DNA of 64,000 nucleotides. Origin: Actinomycetes bacterium. GTDB lineage: Bacteria; Actinomycetota; Actinomycetes; Actinomycetales; Cellulomonadaceae. Both the position numbers and the translations under genes were made by a program. The notes under the pieces are model-generated. The model made no database searches. It saw nothing but the letters and a program-made list of their open reading frames with translations, and was not told the DNA's origin. The stretch is from NCBI GenBank assembly GCA_023428465.1, contig JAEYXM010000092.1, forward strand, positions 1,911 through 65,910, in the 5' to 3' direction. Below are positions 19,624-29,736 of this stretch, piece after piece. Position 1 is the first letter of the stretch; every line of letters begins with the position of its first letter.

Positions 19624-20505
19624 ATGGACGAAGGACGACGTCGCGCCCTGGTGGGCATCCCGCTCGCCATCGGTCTCGGGGTGCTCCTGGCGCTCGCCGG
19701 GAGCCATCACGGGGCCCGCCTGGGGTCGCTCCCGCTCTTTGCGATCGCGGTGCTCGCCGCCTTCGTCGTGCAGTGGATCGCGTTCGTCCCCGCGTACCTG
19801 CGGCAGACGGAGGTCTTCTTCGACCTCACCGGCTCCGTCACGTACGTCACCGTGACGCTCGGGCTGCTGGCGCTCACCCCGGAGCGGGACGCCCGTGCGG
19901 TGCTCCTGACCGTCCTCGTGGTGGCGTGGGCGCTGCGGCTCGGCCCGTTCCTGTTCCGGCGGGTCCGCCGGGCCGGGGCGGACGACCGCTTCGACGAGCT
20001 CAAGCCCTCGTTCCCGCGGTTCTGGCTCGTCTGGACGGTCCAGGGCCTCTGGGTGACCTTCACGGCGATGGCCGCGTGGATCGGCATCACGTCGACCCGT
20101 CGGGCGGACCTCGACATCCTGGCGGTGGTCGGGCTCGTGGTCTGGCTGACGGGCTTCGCGATCGAGGTCGTCGCGGACTTGCAGAAGTCCCGGTTCCGGG
20201 CCGACCCCGCCAACGCCGGACGCTTCATCGCCGTCGGCCTCTGGTCGCGGTCGCGGCACCCGAACTACTTCGGCGAGATCCTGCTCTGGCTCGGCGTGGC
20301 GCTCGTCGCCGTTCCGGTGCTCACCGGCTGGCAGTGGGTGGCGCTCGCGTCGCCCGTGTTCGTGACGCTGCTGCTCACCCGGGTGAGCGGTGTCCCGCTG
20401 CTGGAGAAGAAGGCGGAGGCCCGCTGGGGCGGGCAGGCGGACTACGAGGAGTACGTGCGCACGACGCCGGTCCTCGTCCCGCGCGTCCTTGCGCGCCGCT
20501 CCTGA
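19624..20505 (+). CDS. DUF1295 / steroid 5-alpha-reductase-like membrane protein
   Basis: FFDLTGS, WALRLG.FLFRR, DDRFDELK, EVVADLQK, GLWSRSRHPNYFGE, SGVPLLE. Confidence 0.9.
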   Translation: MDEGRRRALVGIPLAIGLGVLLALAGSHHGARLGSLPLFAIAVLAAFVVQWIAFVPAYLRQTEVFFDLTGSVTYVTVTLGLLALTPERDARAVLLTVLVVAWALRLGPFLFRRVRRAGADDRFDELKPSFPRFWLVWTVQGLWVTFTAMAAWIGITSTRRADLDILAVVGLVVWLTGFAIEVVADLQKSRFRADPANAGRFIAVGLWSRSRHPNYFGEILLWLGVALVAVPVLTGWQWVALASPVFVTLLLTRVSGVPLLEKKAEARWGGQADYEEYVRTTPVLVPRVLARRS

Positions 20506-20583
20506 GGCCGCCGGCACGCACCTCGGTGCGGCTAGCCTCGCCTGGTGCACCAGCCGGGTGCATGGAACCGACGGGAGTTCACC

Positions 20584-21315
20584 TTGGCCATCCATCCTCA
20601 GGGCGTTCCTGCAGTTCGCCGCGTCAGTGGCAGGACCTCACTGCCCCAGGCGGTGCTGTGGGACATGGACGGCACGATCGTGGATACCGAGCCCGGCTGG
20701 ATGGCTGCGGAGACCGCGCTCATGGCCGAGTTCGGCGTGACCAACACTCCCGACCAGCACGCCGAGATGGTGGGCATGGCCCTGATGACGGCTGCGGAGG
20801 TGCTGCGCGGTCGGGGCGTGGCGCTGCCGGCCGAGGAGATCGTGGACCGGCTCGTCTCGGAGGTGCTCGCCGGGCTGCGCCGGCACGTGCCGTGGCAGCC
20901 CGGGGTGCTCGAGCTGCTGGCCGAGCTGCGCGCGGCAGAGGTGCCCTGCGCGATGGTCACGATGTCCTACCGCTCGCTGGCGGAGGCCGTGGCCGCGGGC
21001 GCGCCCGCCGGGACCTTCACCACGATCGTCGCGGGTGACGAGGTGACGCAGGGCAAGCCGCACCCCGAGGCGTACCTGCGCGCGGCGGCGGAGCTCGGCG
21101 TCGACATCACCCGGTGCGTCGCGGTGGAGGACTCGGTGCCCGGGGTGGCGTCGGCGTACGCCTCCGGTGCGCGGACGATCGGCATCCAGCACATCGTGCC
21201 CGTCGCGCCGCGGCCCGGGCTGAGTCGCGTCGACGCCGTCGGTCGCCTGTCGCTCGACCTCCTCGCCCGCGTCGCCGCCGGCGAGACCGTGGACCTGGTC
21301 AGCCCTCGGGCGTGA
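20584..21315 (+). CDS. HAD family phosphatase
   Basis: LWDMDGTIVDTEP motif I, GKPHPEAY, VEDS..G. Start uncertain; TTG 20584 follows GGGAG. Confidence 0.9.
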   Translation: MAIHPQGVPAVRRVSGRTSLPQAVLWDMDGTIVDTEPGWMAAETALMAEFGVTNTPDQHAEMVGMALMTAAEVLRGRGVALPAEEIVDRLVSEVLAGLRRHVPWQPGVLELLAELRAAEVPCAMVTMSYRSLAEAVAAGAPAGTFTTIVAGDEVTQGKPHPEAYLRAAAELGVDITRCVAVEDSVPGVASAYASGARTIGIQHIVPVAPRPGLSRVDAVGRLSLDLLARVAAGETVDLVSPRA

Positions 21316-22216
21316 CGCCCAGGGCGTGCTCGACGGCGCCGGGCGGCACCTCGGGCGGTGTGCCGCCGAACGCCGGGCACAGGGACTGGTGCGCGCACCA
21401 ACCGCACAGGGCGCCGGGGCGCGGCTGCCAGCTGCCCGTGCGCGCGGAGGTCTGGATCCCGCGCCAGATGGCGCGGACCTTGGCCTCCGTCGTGGCGAGC
21501 TCGGCGGCGTCGGGCACGTGGCGCAGCACCGTTCCGTCCCCGAGGTAGACGAGCTGCAGCATCGCCGGGAGCGTCCCGCGGAGCCTGCGCAGGACGGCGG
21601 CGTAGAAGCGCATCTGGAAGAGGGCGCCGCCCTCGAAGCCCGGGCCGGGGGAGCGGCCAGTCTTGTAGTCGACGATCCGGACCGCGCCGTTCGGTGCGAC
21701 GTCGACGCGGTCGATGATGCCCCGCAGCTCGAGCTCGCCGTCGAGGTCCGTCGCGACGCTCAGCTCGCGCTCGGCCGGTTCGAGACGGTTCGGATCCTCG
21801 AGCGTGAAGTAGGTGTGCAGGAGGGCGCCCGCCTGGGCGAACCACGCCTCGCGCTCGCCGTCCGGTACCAGCTCGGCACACTCGGGGCGCTCCTCGAGGA
21901 TGGCGTCCCACGCGGGTTCGAGGAGTGCCCGCGCCGCCTCGGGCGTGCGCGACCCGGCAGGGGCGTCGAAGAGGCGCTCGAGCACCGCGTGCACGAGCGT
22001 CCCGCGCACCGCGGCGGCACTGGGCGGCTCGGGGAGCCGGTCGACCACACGGAAGCGGAACAGGAGCGGGCACTGCATGTAGTCGTTCGCGCGGGACGGC
22101 GACAGGCCGGGCGACCGGCGGCGCGGCGCGTCGGCGCTCTCCTCGGCGGCGCACGCCGGCGTGGGCTCCGCGTCCGGGCCCAGGGCGAGCGTGGCGTCGG
22201 CAGTCGTGTCGGTCAC
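21299..22216 (-). CDS. RecB family / PD-(D/E)XK exonuclease
   Basis: LSPSRANDYMQCP, GTLVHAVLE, RGIIDRVD, IVDYKTG, QMRFYA and C-terminal CGWC.....CP (Fe-S-type cysteines). Confidence 0.92.
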   Translation of the reverse strand: MTDTTADATLALGPDAEPTPACAAEESADAPRRRSPGLSPSRANDYMQCPLLFRFRVVDRLPEPPSAAAVRGTLVHAVLERLFDAPAGSRTPEAARALLEPAWDAILEERPECAELVPDGEREAWFAQAGALLHTYFTLEDPNRLEPAERELSVATDLDGELELRGIIDRVDVAPNGAVRIVDYKTGRSPGPGFEGGALFQMRFYAAVLRRLRGTLPAMLQLVYLGDGTVLRHVPDAAELATTEAKVRAIWRGIQTSARTGSWQPRPGALCGWCAHQSLCPAFGGTPPEVPPGAVEHALGVTPEG

Positions 22217-22263
22217 GTGCCAGAGCGTACGACCGCCGTCCGACACGCCCGTACGCTGGGCCG

Positions 22264-23457
22264 GTGAGCGCGAATCCCGACCCCGGGCGGCCCCGTCCGC
22301 GCCGGTCGGGTGGCTTCGTCCTCGGCCGGTTCGGGGGCGCCCCGATCATCGCCCGCCCCGGCTGGCTGCTTGCGATCGTCGTGCTCGCGGCCATCAGCGC
22401 CCCGACGGCCCGGGCTCTCCTGCCGGGCATCGGCCAGGTGGGCGCGTTCGTCGTCGGCGCCGGCTTCGGCGTCCTGCTCCTGGGGTCCGTCCTCGTCCAC
22501 GAGCTCGCGCACGCCTGGACCGCGCGGCGCCGGGGAATGGCGGTGCACCAGATCGTGCTCACGCTGGTGGGCGGACACACCGAGATGACCGGCGCGCCGC
22601 GGCCCGGCACCAGCGCCCTCGTCGCCGCGGCAGGCCCCCTGGCGAACGTCGCGCTCGCGCTCGTCGGGTGGGTGGGCATGCAGCTGACCGCGTACGAGGC
22701 GGTCTTCCGCGTCGGGCCCGACACCACCGAGATCACGACGACGGTGGGCGGGAACCCGGCCCTGTACGCGGTGTTCGCGGTGCTCGCCACCTCGAACGCG
22801 CTGGTCGCGGGCTTCAACCTCCTGCCCGGGCTGCCCATGGACGGCGGCTGGGTGTTCGAGGCGCTCGTGTGGCGGATCACCGGTCGACGCTCGACCGGGA
22901 CGATCGCCGCAGCGTGGTGCGGCCGGGTCGTCGCGATCGGCCTGCCGCTCGTCGCCATCGGCGTGCCGCTGCTGCAGGGCACGAGGCCCGCCGTCGTGAC
23001 CGCGATCTGGGCGGCGGCCATCGGTGCACTGCTGTGGACCAGCGCGACCGGGGTCCTGGCATCGGCCGGGGTGTGGCGGCGCGCCGAGACGTTCGCCCTG
23101 CGCGACGTCGCGCAGCCTGCGGTGACGGCCGACGTGTCAGGCCCGCTCGACCACCTGCCGACGGACGTCGACGTCGTCGTGACCGGGGCGGACGACGTCG
23201 TCGTCGGCTACGTGGACCGGGCGGCCCTGGCGGCCGTGCCGCCCGGCGCGCGGGCCGCCACGCCCGTCGGTGCGGTCCTCGTGCCCGTCCCCGGCGAGGC
23301 CGTCGTGGACGTCGGCGTCGTCGGCTACGAGGCGGTCCGGGCGGTGCAGGAGGCCGCGCGGCACGCGCCCGTGCTCGTCGCAGTGGGGCCCGACGGGCGC
23401 CCCTGCGCACTGGTCCGGTACTCCGACGTGGTCCGGGCCCTCGGCGCGCGCTCCTAG
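22264..23457 (+). CDS. Site-2 protease (peptidase M50) with degenerate CBS-like C-terminus
   Basis: SVLVHELAH, VAAAGPLAN, FNLLPGLPMDGG. Confidence 0.9.
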   Translation: MSANPDPGRPRPRRSGGFVLGRFGGAPIIARPGWLLAIVVLAAISAPTARALLPGIGQVGAFVVGAGFGVLLLGSVLVHELAHAWTARRRGMAVHQIVLTLVGGHTEMTGAPRPGTSALVAAAGPLANVALALVGWVGMQLTAYEAVFRVGPDTTEITTTVGGNPALYAVFAVLATSNALVAGFNLLPGLPMDGGWVFEALVWRITGRRSTGTIAAAWCGRVVAIGLPLVAIGVPLLQGTRPAVVTAIWAAAIGALLWTSATGVLASAGVWRRAETFALRDVAQPAVTADVSGPLDHLPTDVDVVVTGADDVVVGYVDRAALAAVPPGARAATPVGAVLVPVPGEAVVDVGVVGYEAVRAVQEAARHAPVLVAVGPDGRPCALVRYSDVVRALGARS

Positions 23458-23468
23458 ACTCGGGCACC

Positions 23469-24512
23469 GTGACCACACCCGACGCCCCCGGCACCGACGG
23501 CACGCCCGGCCCCACGGGAGCGGCCGCCCGGCGCGGCCCCCTGCGCGTCGGCGACCGCGTACAGCTCACCGACCCGCGTGGCCGGCTCCACACCATCACC
23601 CTGGCGCCCGGCGGTTCCTTCCACACGCACAAGGGCTACTTCCGCCACGAGGACCTCATCGGGCAGCCGGAGGGCAGCGTCGTCGTGAGCACGGGCGGCG
23701 TCGCGTACCTGGCGCTGCGGCCCCTGCTGAGCGACTTCGTCCTGTCCATGCCCCGCGGCGCGGCCGTCGTCTACCCCAAGGACGCCGGCCAGATCGTCGC
23801 CATGGCGGACATCTACCCGGGCGCGCGAGTGATCGAGGCGGGCGTCGGCTCCGGCGCTCTGACCATGTCCCTGCTGCGGGCCGTCGGCGACGCCGGCCGC
23901 GTGCACTCGATCGAGCGCCGGTCCGACTTCGCGGACGTCGCGCGCGGCAACGTCGAGTCGTTCTTCGACGGGCCCCACCCCGCCTGGACCCTGTCCGTGG
24001 GGGACCTCGCCGACGTCCTGCCCGTGGCGGAGGCGCGCGGCAGCGTCGACCGCGTGGTCCTCGACATGCTCGCGCCCTGGGAGAACCTCGCGGTCGTCGC
24101 CGACGCGCTCGCACCCGGCGGCGTGCTCGTCGCGTACGTCGCGACGACCACCCAGCTCTCGCGCCTCGCGGAGGACGTGCGCGACGACGGCCGGTTCACC
24201 GAGCCGCAGGCGTGGGAGTCGATGGTCCGCGGCTGGCACCTCGAGGGCCTCGCCGTCCGGCCCGAGCACCGGATGGTCGGGCACACCGGGTTCCTGCTGA
24301 CGACGCGGCGCATGGCCGAGGGCGTCGAGCCGCCGCTGCGGCGTCGTCGGCCCGCGAAGGGCGCCTACCCCGACACGGCCGAGTGGGCCGAGGAGGACCT
24401 GGGCGAGCGCCCTGTCTCGGACAAGAAGCTGCGCCGTGTCCGGCGGCAGCTGGGCGTCGCCGGGAACGACGCCGCCCCGCGCCCCGCCGCGGACGCTCCC
24501 GATTCGGCTTGA
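23469..24512 (+). CDS. trmI: tRNA (adenine-58-N1)-methyltransferase
   Basis: MPRGAAVVYPKDAGQI, IEAGVGSGALT, VLDMLAPWE, RPEHRMVGHTGFL. Canonical position upstream of arc. Confidence 0.95.
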   Translation: MTTPDAPGTDGTPGPTGAAARRGPLRVGDRVQLTDPRGRLHTITLAPGGSFHTHKGYFRHEDLIGQPEGSVVVSTGGVAYLALRPLLSDFVLSMPRGAAVVYPKDAGQIVAMADIYPGARVIEAGVGSGALTMSLLRAVGDAGRVHSIERRSDFADVARGNVESFFDGPHPAWTLSVGDLADVLPVAEARGSVDRVVLDMLAPWENLAVVADALAPGGVLVAYVATTTQLSRLAEDVRDDGRFTEPQAWESMVRGWHLEGLAVRPEHRMVGHTGFLLTTRRMAEGVEPPLRRRRPAKGAYPDTAEWAEEDLGERPVSDKKLRRVRRQLGVAGNDAAPRPAADAPDSA

Positions 24513-24560
24513 CGCCACTGCGTAGGGTCGTGGGTGTCGGGACGTGGAGCGGAGGCGATC

Positions 24561-26198
24561 ATGAGCCAGCACCCGGAGTCGGAACGCGGGACGGTGGGGG
24601 AGGCTGCACGGCACGCCGCCGCGCTCGCCGCGAAGAACGAACGGCTCGCCGACGCGCTGCGCCAGGCGCGCGACCAGATCGTCGAGCTGCAGCGCCGCCT
24701 GGAGGACCTGGGCAAGCCGCCCGCGACCTTCGCGACCTTCCTCGAGGCGCGTCCTGACGGCTCCGCCGAGATCATCTCCGCGGGCCGCAAGATGCAGGTA
24801 CAGGTCGCGCCCACGGTTGACGTGACCACGCTGCAGCCGGGCCAGGAGGTCAAGCTCAACGAGGCCCTGGCACTCGTGGAGGCCGGGCGGTACGAGTCGG
24901 TCGGCGAGATCGTCACGGTCAAGGAGCTGATCGGCGAGGACCGTGCGCTCGTCGTCGGGCGCGCGGACGAGGAGCGCGTCGTCCGCCTCGCCGGGCAGCT
25001 GCGCACGGCGCCCGTCCGCGTCGGCGACGCCCTGACGGTCGAGACGCGCAGCGGCTTCGTCTTCGAGAAGGTCCCGCGCTCGGAGGTCGAGGAGCTGATC
25101 CTCGAGGAGGTCCCGGACGTCGAGTACACCGACATCGGCGGCCTGGGCTCGCAGATCGAGCAGATCCGCGACGCCGTCGAGCTGCCGTTCGCGCACCCCG
25201 AGCTGTTCCGCGAGCACGGCCTGCGCCCGCCCAAGGGTGTGCTGCTCTACGGCCCGCCCGGGTGCGGCAAGACGCTCATCGCGAAGGCCGTAGCGCACTC
25301 GCTCGCGCAGATGCGCGGGGTCGACGCGGAGGGCGTGCCGGCGCGCAGCTACTTCCTCAACGTCAAGGGCCCCGAGCTGCTCAACAAGTACGTGGGGGAG
25401 ACGGAGCGGCACATCCGGCTGATCTTCGCCCGCGCACGGGAGAAGGCGACCCAGGGGCACCCGGTCGTCGTCTTCTTCGACGAGATGGAGTCGCTGTTCC
25501 GCACCCGCGGCACGGGCATCTCGAGCGACGTCGAGACGACGATCGTCCCTCAGCTGCTCAGCGAGATCGACGGCGTCGAGCGCCTCGACAACGTCATCGT
25601 CATCGGCGCGTCGAACCGCGAGGACATGATCGACCCCGCGATCCTGAGGCCCGGCCGGCTCGACGTGAAGATCAAGATCGAGCGTCCCGACGCCGAGGCG
25701 GCGCGCGAGATCTTCGCCAAGTACCTGACGGCGGACCTGCCGCTGCACGACGACGACCTCGCGGAGCACGGCGACCCCCGGGCCGCGGTGGACGCGATGA
25801 TCGTCCAGGCGGTCGAGCAGATGTACACCGAGAGTGAGGCGAACGAGTTCCTCGAGGTCACCTACGCCTCCGGGGACAAGGAGATCCTGTACTTCAAGGA
25901 CTTCTCGTCGGGTGCGATGATCCAGAACATCGTCGACCGCGCGAAGAAGTCCGCGATCAAGGACTTCCTCGCGACCGGTCGGCGCGGCATCCGTGTCGAC
26001 CACCTGCTCGCCGGGTGCGTGGCCGAGTTCAAGGAGAACGAGGACCTGCCGAACACGACGAACCCCGACGACTGGGCGCGCATCTCCGGCAAGAAGGGCG
26101 AGCGCATCGTGTTCATCCGCACGATCGTGCAGGGCAAGGGAGGCAAGGAGAGCGGACGGACGATCGAGACCGTCACGCCCACCGGCCAGTACCTCTGA
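24561..26198 (+). CDS. arc: Proteasome AAA ATPase ARC/Mpa
   Basis: N-terminal coiled coil, [32 protein letters not shown] and C-terminal GQYL proteasome-docking motif. Confidence 0.97.
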   Translation: MSQHPESERGTVGEAARHAAALAAKNERLADALRQARDQIVELQRRLEDLGKPPATFATFLEARPDGSAEIISAGRKMQVQVAPTVDVTTLQPGQEVKLNEALALVEAGRYESVGEIVTVKELIGEDRALVVGRADEERVVRLAGQLRTAPVRVGDALTVETRSGFVFEKVPRSEVEELILEEVPDVEYTDIGGLGSQIEQIRDAVELPFAHPELFREHGLRPPKGVLLYGPPGCGKTLIAKAVAHSLAQMRGVDAEGVPARSYFLNVKGPELLNKYVGETERHIRLIFARAREKATQGHPVVVFFDEMESLFRTRGTGISSDVETTIVPQLLSEIDGVERLDNVIVIGASNREDMIDPAILRPGRLDVKIKIERPDAEAAREIFAKYLTADLPLHDDDLAEHGDPRAAVDAMIVQAVEQMYTESEANEFLEVTYASGDKEILYFKDFSSGAMIQNIVDRAKKSAIKDFLATGRRGIRVDHLLAGCVAEFKENEDLPNTTNPDDWARISGKKGERIVFIRTIVQGKGGKESGRTIETVTPTGQYL

Positions 26199-26258
26199 CC
26201 GTCGCCACGGCACCTCCGGCCGGGCGATCGGGGGCGCGCCGCCGACTACCCTGACCGG

Positions 26259-27866
26259 GTGAGCGTGCGCCGGGTGATGGGGATCGAGACCGAGTACGGC
26301 CTGGTGCAGCCCGGTCGCCCGGGTGCCAACCCGATGCTCCTGTCGGCGCACGTCGTCGCGGCGTACACCGCGTTGACGTCGCCGAGCACCCACGCCCGCT
26401 GGGACTACGCCGACGAGGACCCGCTGGCCGACGCGCGTGGCTTCCGGGTCGACCGCAGCGGCGTGCACCCGTCGCTGCTCACCGACGACCCGACACGGCC
26501 CGCGCCGGCGGGGCCGGGGGCCCTGGACGCCCCGGCGGACGTCGACCGGCCCGACGCCGAGGAGTACGAGGACCCGGGGGCGGCCACGACCATCCTCACG
26601 AACGGCGCGCGGCTGTACGTCGACCACGCGCACCCGGAGTACTCCTCGCCCGAGGTCACCAACCCGCACGACGTGGTCCGGTGGGACAAGGCCGGCGAGC
26701 TCGTGATGCTCCGGGCGGCGCGCGCGCTCGCCGCCAACCCCGCGATGCCCGACGTGGTGCTCTACAAGAACAACGTCGACGGCAAGGGCGCCTCGTACGG
26801 CACGCACGAGAACTACCTGGTCGACCGTGCGGTGCCGTTCGAGGACCTGGTCACGTACCTGACGCCGTTCCTCGTCACGCGGCAGGTCTTCGCCGGGGCC
26901 GGGCGGGTCGGCATCGGGCCGACAGGCCAGGTCCCCGGCTTCCAGATCTCCCAGCGGGCCGACTACATCGAGGCCGAGGTCGGTCTCGAGACGACGCTGC
27001 GCCGGCCCATCGTCAACACGCGCGACGAACCGCACGCCGACCGGACGCGGTGGCGGCGCCTGCACCTCATCCTGGGCGACGCCACGCTGCTGGAGGTCGC
27101 GACCTACCTGCGCGTCGGGACGACGTGCACCGTCCTGTGGCTCATCGAGAGCGCGGCGCGGCACGGGCTCCTCGAGGAGGTGGCGGCCCTGCGGCTCGCG
27201 GACCCCGTGGGCGCGGTGCAGCAGGTCAGCCGGGACCTGACGCTCACCGCGCGCCTCGAGCTCGCCGACGGCCGCCGCCTGACCGCGATCGAGGTGCAGC
27301 GGGCCTACCTCGCCGTCGTCCGCCGGGCGCTCGCCGCGACCGGCACCGGGCCCGACGACGCCACGGCCGACGTGCTGGACCGCTGGGGCAGCGTGCTGGA
27401 CCGGCTCGCGGTGGACCCGGCGCTGTGTGCGCGCGAGGTCGAGTGGGTCGCCAAGCTGCGCCTGCTCGACGGCCTGCGGACCCGCGACCAGCTCGCCTGG
27501 GACCACCCCCGTCTGGCCGCGATGGACATCCAGTGGTCCGACGTGCGCCCCGAGCGCGGGATCTACCACCGCCTCGCCGCCGCGGGTGGCGTCGAGCGGC
27601 TCGTCACGGACGAGGAGGTCGTGGCCGCCGTCGAGGAACCACCCGAGGACACGCGCGCCTTCTTCCGCGGGTCCGTGGTCCGCCGGTTCGGCGACCAGGT
27701 GCGTGCCGCCAGCTGGGACTCCGTCGTGCTCGATGTGCCCTCCCTGGCGTCGCTGCGCCGCATCCCGCTGCGTGACCCGTGGCGGGGCACGCGGGCCCAT
27801 GTCGGCGACCTGCTCGACGCCTGCCCGGACGCGCGCGCGCTCGTGGAACGCCTCGCCGGGGGGTGA
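26259..27866 (+). CDS. dop: Pup deamidase/depupylase
   Basis: [59 protein letters not shown]. Confidence 0.96.
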   Translation: MSVRRVMGIETEYGLVQPGRPGANPMLLSAHVVAAYTALTSPSTHARWDYADEDPLADARGFRVDRSGVHPSLLTDDPTRPAPAGPGALDAPADVDRPDAEEYEDPGAATTILTNGARLYVDHAHPEYSSPEVTNPHDVVRWDKAGELVMLRAARALAANPAMPDVVLYKNNVDGKGASYGTHENYLVDRAVPFEDLVTYLTPFLVTRQVFAGAGRVGIGPTGQVPGFQISQRADYIEAEVGLETTLRRPIVNTRDEPHADRTRWRRLHLILGDATLLEVATYLRVGTTCTVLWLIESAARHGLLEEVAALRLADPVGAVQQVSRDLTLTARLELADGRRLTAIEVQRAYLAVVRRALAATGTGPDDATADVLDRWGSVLDRLAVDPALCAREVEWVAKLRLLDGLRTRDQLAWDHPRLAAMDIQWSDVRPERGIYHRLAAAGGVERLVTDEEVVAAVEEPPEDTRAFFRGSVVRRFGDQVRAASWDSVVLDVPSLASLRRIPLRDPWRGTRAHVGDLLDACPDARALVERLAGG

Positions 27867-27953
27867 CGCGCGTCCCGCGCGCCGGACTCGCTGCGCCGCG
27901 CGTCGGTCGCGCCGCCTAGGATCACAGTGTCACTGCGACGAGGGGAGACGCTC

Positions 27954-28142
27954 ATGGCCCAGGACCAGCGCAGGCACCACGACGAGGCCGCGGAGCCCGC
28001 GGACGAGCCGGCGCCCGTCGCCCCCTCAGCCCCGCAGGCCCGTGACGCCGAGGTCGACGCGCTCCTCGAGGAGATCGACGAGGTCCTCGAGTCGAACGCG
28101 GAGTCGTTCGTGCGTGGCTTCGTGCAGAAGGGCGGGCAGTGA
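27954..28142 (+). CDS. pup: Prokaryotic ubiquitin-like protein Pup (Gln-terminal)
   Basis: DALLEEIDEVLESNAESFVRGFVQKGGQ*, lying between dop and prcB. Confidence 0.97.
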   Translation: MAQDQRRHHDEAAEPADEPAPVAPSAPQARDAEVDALLEEIDEVLESNAESFVRGFVQKGGQ

Positions 28143-28976
28143 GTGTCGTCTGACGGGCTCGGGCGCCTCCCGGCGTCGTTCATGACGCCCGGGACGTCGT
28201 CCTTCATCGACTTCCTGGCCAGCCACGACCCGACGCTCCTGCCGACGGGCCGCGCACTCCCGGCCGGTCAGGCGCCCGGCGCTCCGCACGCGACGACCAT
28301 CGTCGCGCTGGCGTTCGACGGCGGCATCGTCATGGCCGGCGACCGGCGCGCCACCGCGGGCGCGATGATCGCCAGCCGGCACATCGAGAAGGTCTTCCCG
28401 GCGGACGAGTACTCGGCCGTGGGCATCGCCGGGACGGCCGGGCTCGCGCTCGAGCTCGTCCGGCTGTTCCAGCTCGAGCTCGAGCACTACGAGAAGATCG
28501 AGGGCACGCTCCTGTCGCTCGACGGCAAGGCCAACCGGCTCGCGACGATGATCCGGGGCAACCTCGGCCTCGCGATGCAGGGCCTCGCCGTCGTCCCGCT
28601 GTTCGGCGGCTACGACCTCGAGCGGACGACGGGTCGCATCTTCTCCTACGACGTGACGGGCGGCCGCTACGAGGAGGCCGACTTCCACGCCGTCGGGTCG
28701 GGCTCGGTCTTCGCTCGCGGCTCGCTGAAGAAGCTCTGGAAGCCGGGCCTCGGCGTCGACGACGCGGTGCGCGTCGCGGTGCACGCCCTGGTCGACGCGG
28801 CGGACGACGACTCCGCGACCGGCGGCCCGGACGCGACGCGGCGGATCTGGCCGACGGTCGCGACCGTGACGGCCGCGGGCTACCTGCGGGTGCCGGCGAC
28901 GACGCTCGCCGAGGTCTCGGCGGGCATCGAGGACGGCCGCCGCGCGACGGACCCGATGGGGGGTGAGCTCGCATGA
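28143..28976 (+). CDS. prcB: 20S proteasome beta subunit
   Basis: Propeptide followed by [42 protein letters not shown]. Confidence 0.96.
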   Translation: MSSDGLGRLPASFMTPGTSSFIDFLASHDPTLLPTGRALPAGQAPGAPHATTIVALAFDGGIVMAGDRRATAGAMIASRHIEKVFPADEYSAVGIAGTAGLALELVRLFQLELEHYEKIEGTLLSLDGKANRLATMIRGNLGLAMQGLAVVPLFGGYDLERTTGRIFSYDVTGGRYEEADFHAVGSGSVFARGSLKKLWKPGLGVDDAVRVAVHALVDAADDDSATGGPDATRRIWPTVATVTAAGYLRVPATTLAEVSAGIEDGRRATDPMGGELA

Positions 28977-29731
28977 CGATGCCCTTCTACGTCTCGCCCG
29001 AGCAGCTCATGAAGGACCGCGCGGACTACGCGCGCAAGGGCATCGCGCGCGGCCGGTCGGTCGTCGTCGTGCAGTACGACGACGGGATCGCCTTCGCGAC
29101 CGAGAACCCGTCCCGTGCGTTGCACAAGATCTCCGAGATCTACGACCGGATCGCCTTCGCGGCCGTCGGCAAGTACAACGAGTTCGAGAACCTGCGCGTC
29201 GCCGGGGTGCGCTACGCGGACCTGCGCGGCTACTCCTACGACCGCGCCGACGTGAGCGCCCGGGCTCTCGCCAACGCCTACGCCCAGACGCTCGGCACCG
29301 TGTTCACCACGGAGTCCAAGCCGCTCGAGGTCGAGCTGGTCGTCGCGGAGGTCGCAGCGACGCCCGCCGAGGACCAGATCTACCGGCTGTCCTACGACGG
29401 CTCGGTCGCCGACGAGCGCGGGCACGTCGTCATGGGCGGGCAGGCCGAGCACCTGTCCGAGCGGGTCGCCGAGCTCTGGCGCCCGGGGATGAACCTCGCC
29501 GAGGCCGTCCAGCTCGCCGTCGGCGTGCTCGGCGCCCAGCCCGAGGGCGAGGACCGGGAGCTCGCGCCCGGGCAGCTCGAGGTCGCTGTCCTGGACCGCA
29601 CCCGGCCCCGCCGCGCCTTCCGCCGCCTCGCCGCGCCGCAGCTCGCGGACCTGCTGGGGCGGGACGACGTCGAGTCCGGCGCGGACGGCCCGACCGGTGA
29701 CGCCCCGGAGCCGTCGCCCGAGCAGGGCTGA
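28973..29731 (+). CDS. prcA: 20S proteasome alpha subunit
   Basis: [50 protein letters not shown] overlap with prcB. Confidence 0.97.
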   Translation: MTMPFYVSPEQLMKDRADYARKGIARGRSVVVVQYDDGIAFATENPSRALHKISEIYDRIAFAAVGKYNEFENLRVAGVRYADLRGYSYDRADVSARALANAYAQTLGTVFTTESKPLEVELVVAEVAATPAEDQIYRLSYDGSVADERGHVVMGGQAEHLSERVAELWRPGMNLAEAVQLAVGVLGAQPEGEDRELAPGQLEVAVLDRTRPRRAFRRLAAPQLADLLGRDDVESGADGPTGDAPEPSPEQG

Positions 29732-29736
29732 CGGGC

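Noticed and set aside
17620..20595. 991-aa and 868-aa ORF-track calls as fusion proteins
   Set aside because: The N-terminal extensions are antisense read-through of the divergent neighbour. RBS-supported starts are at 19494 (-) and 19624 (+).
21299..22216. Cas4 / defence nuclease interpretation
   Set aside because: It is a Cas4-like fold, but this RecB-family gene is a routine neighbour of the actinobacterial proteasome locus and there is no cas1 or array.
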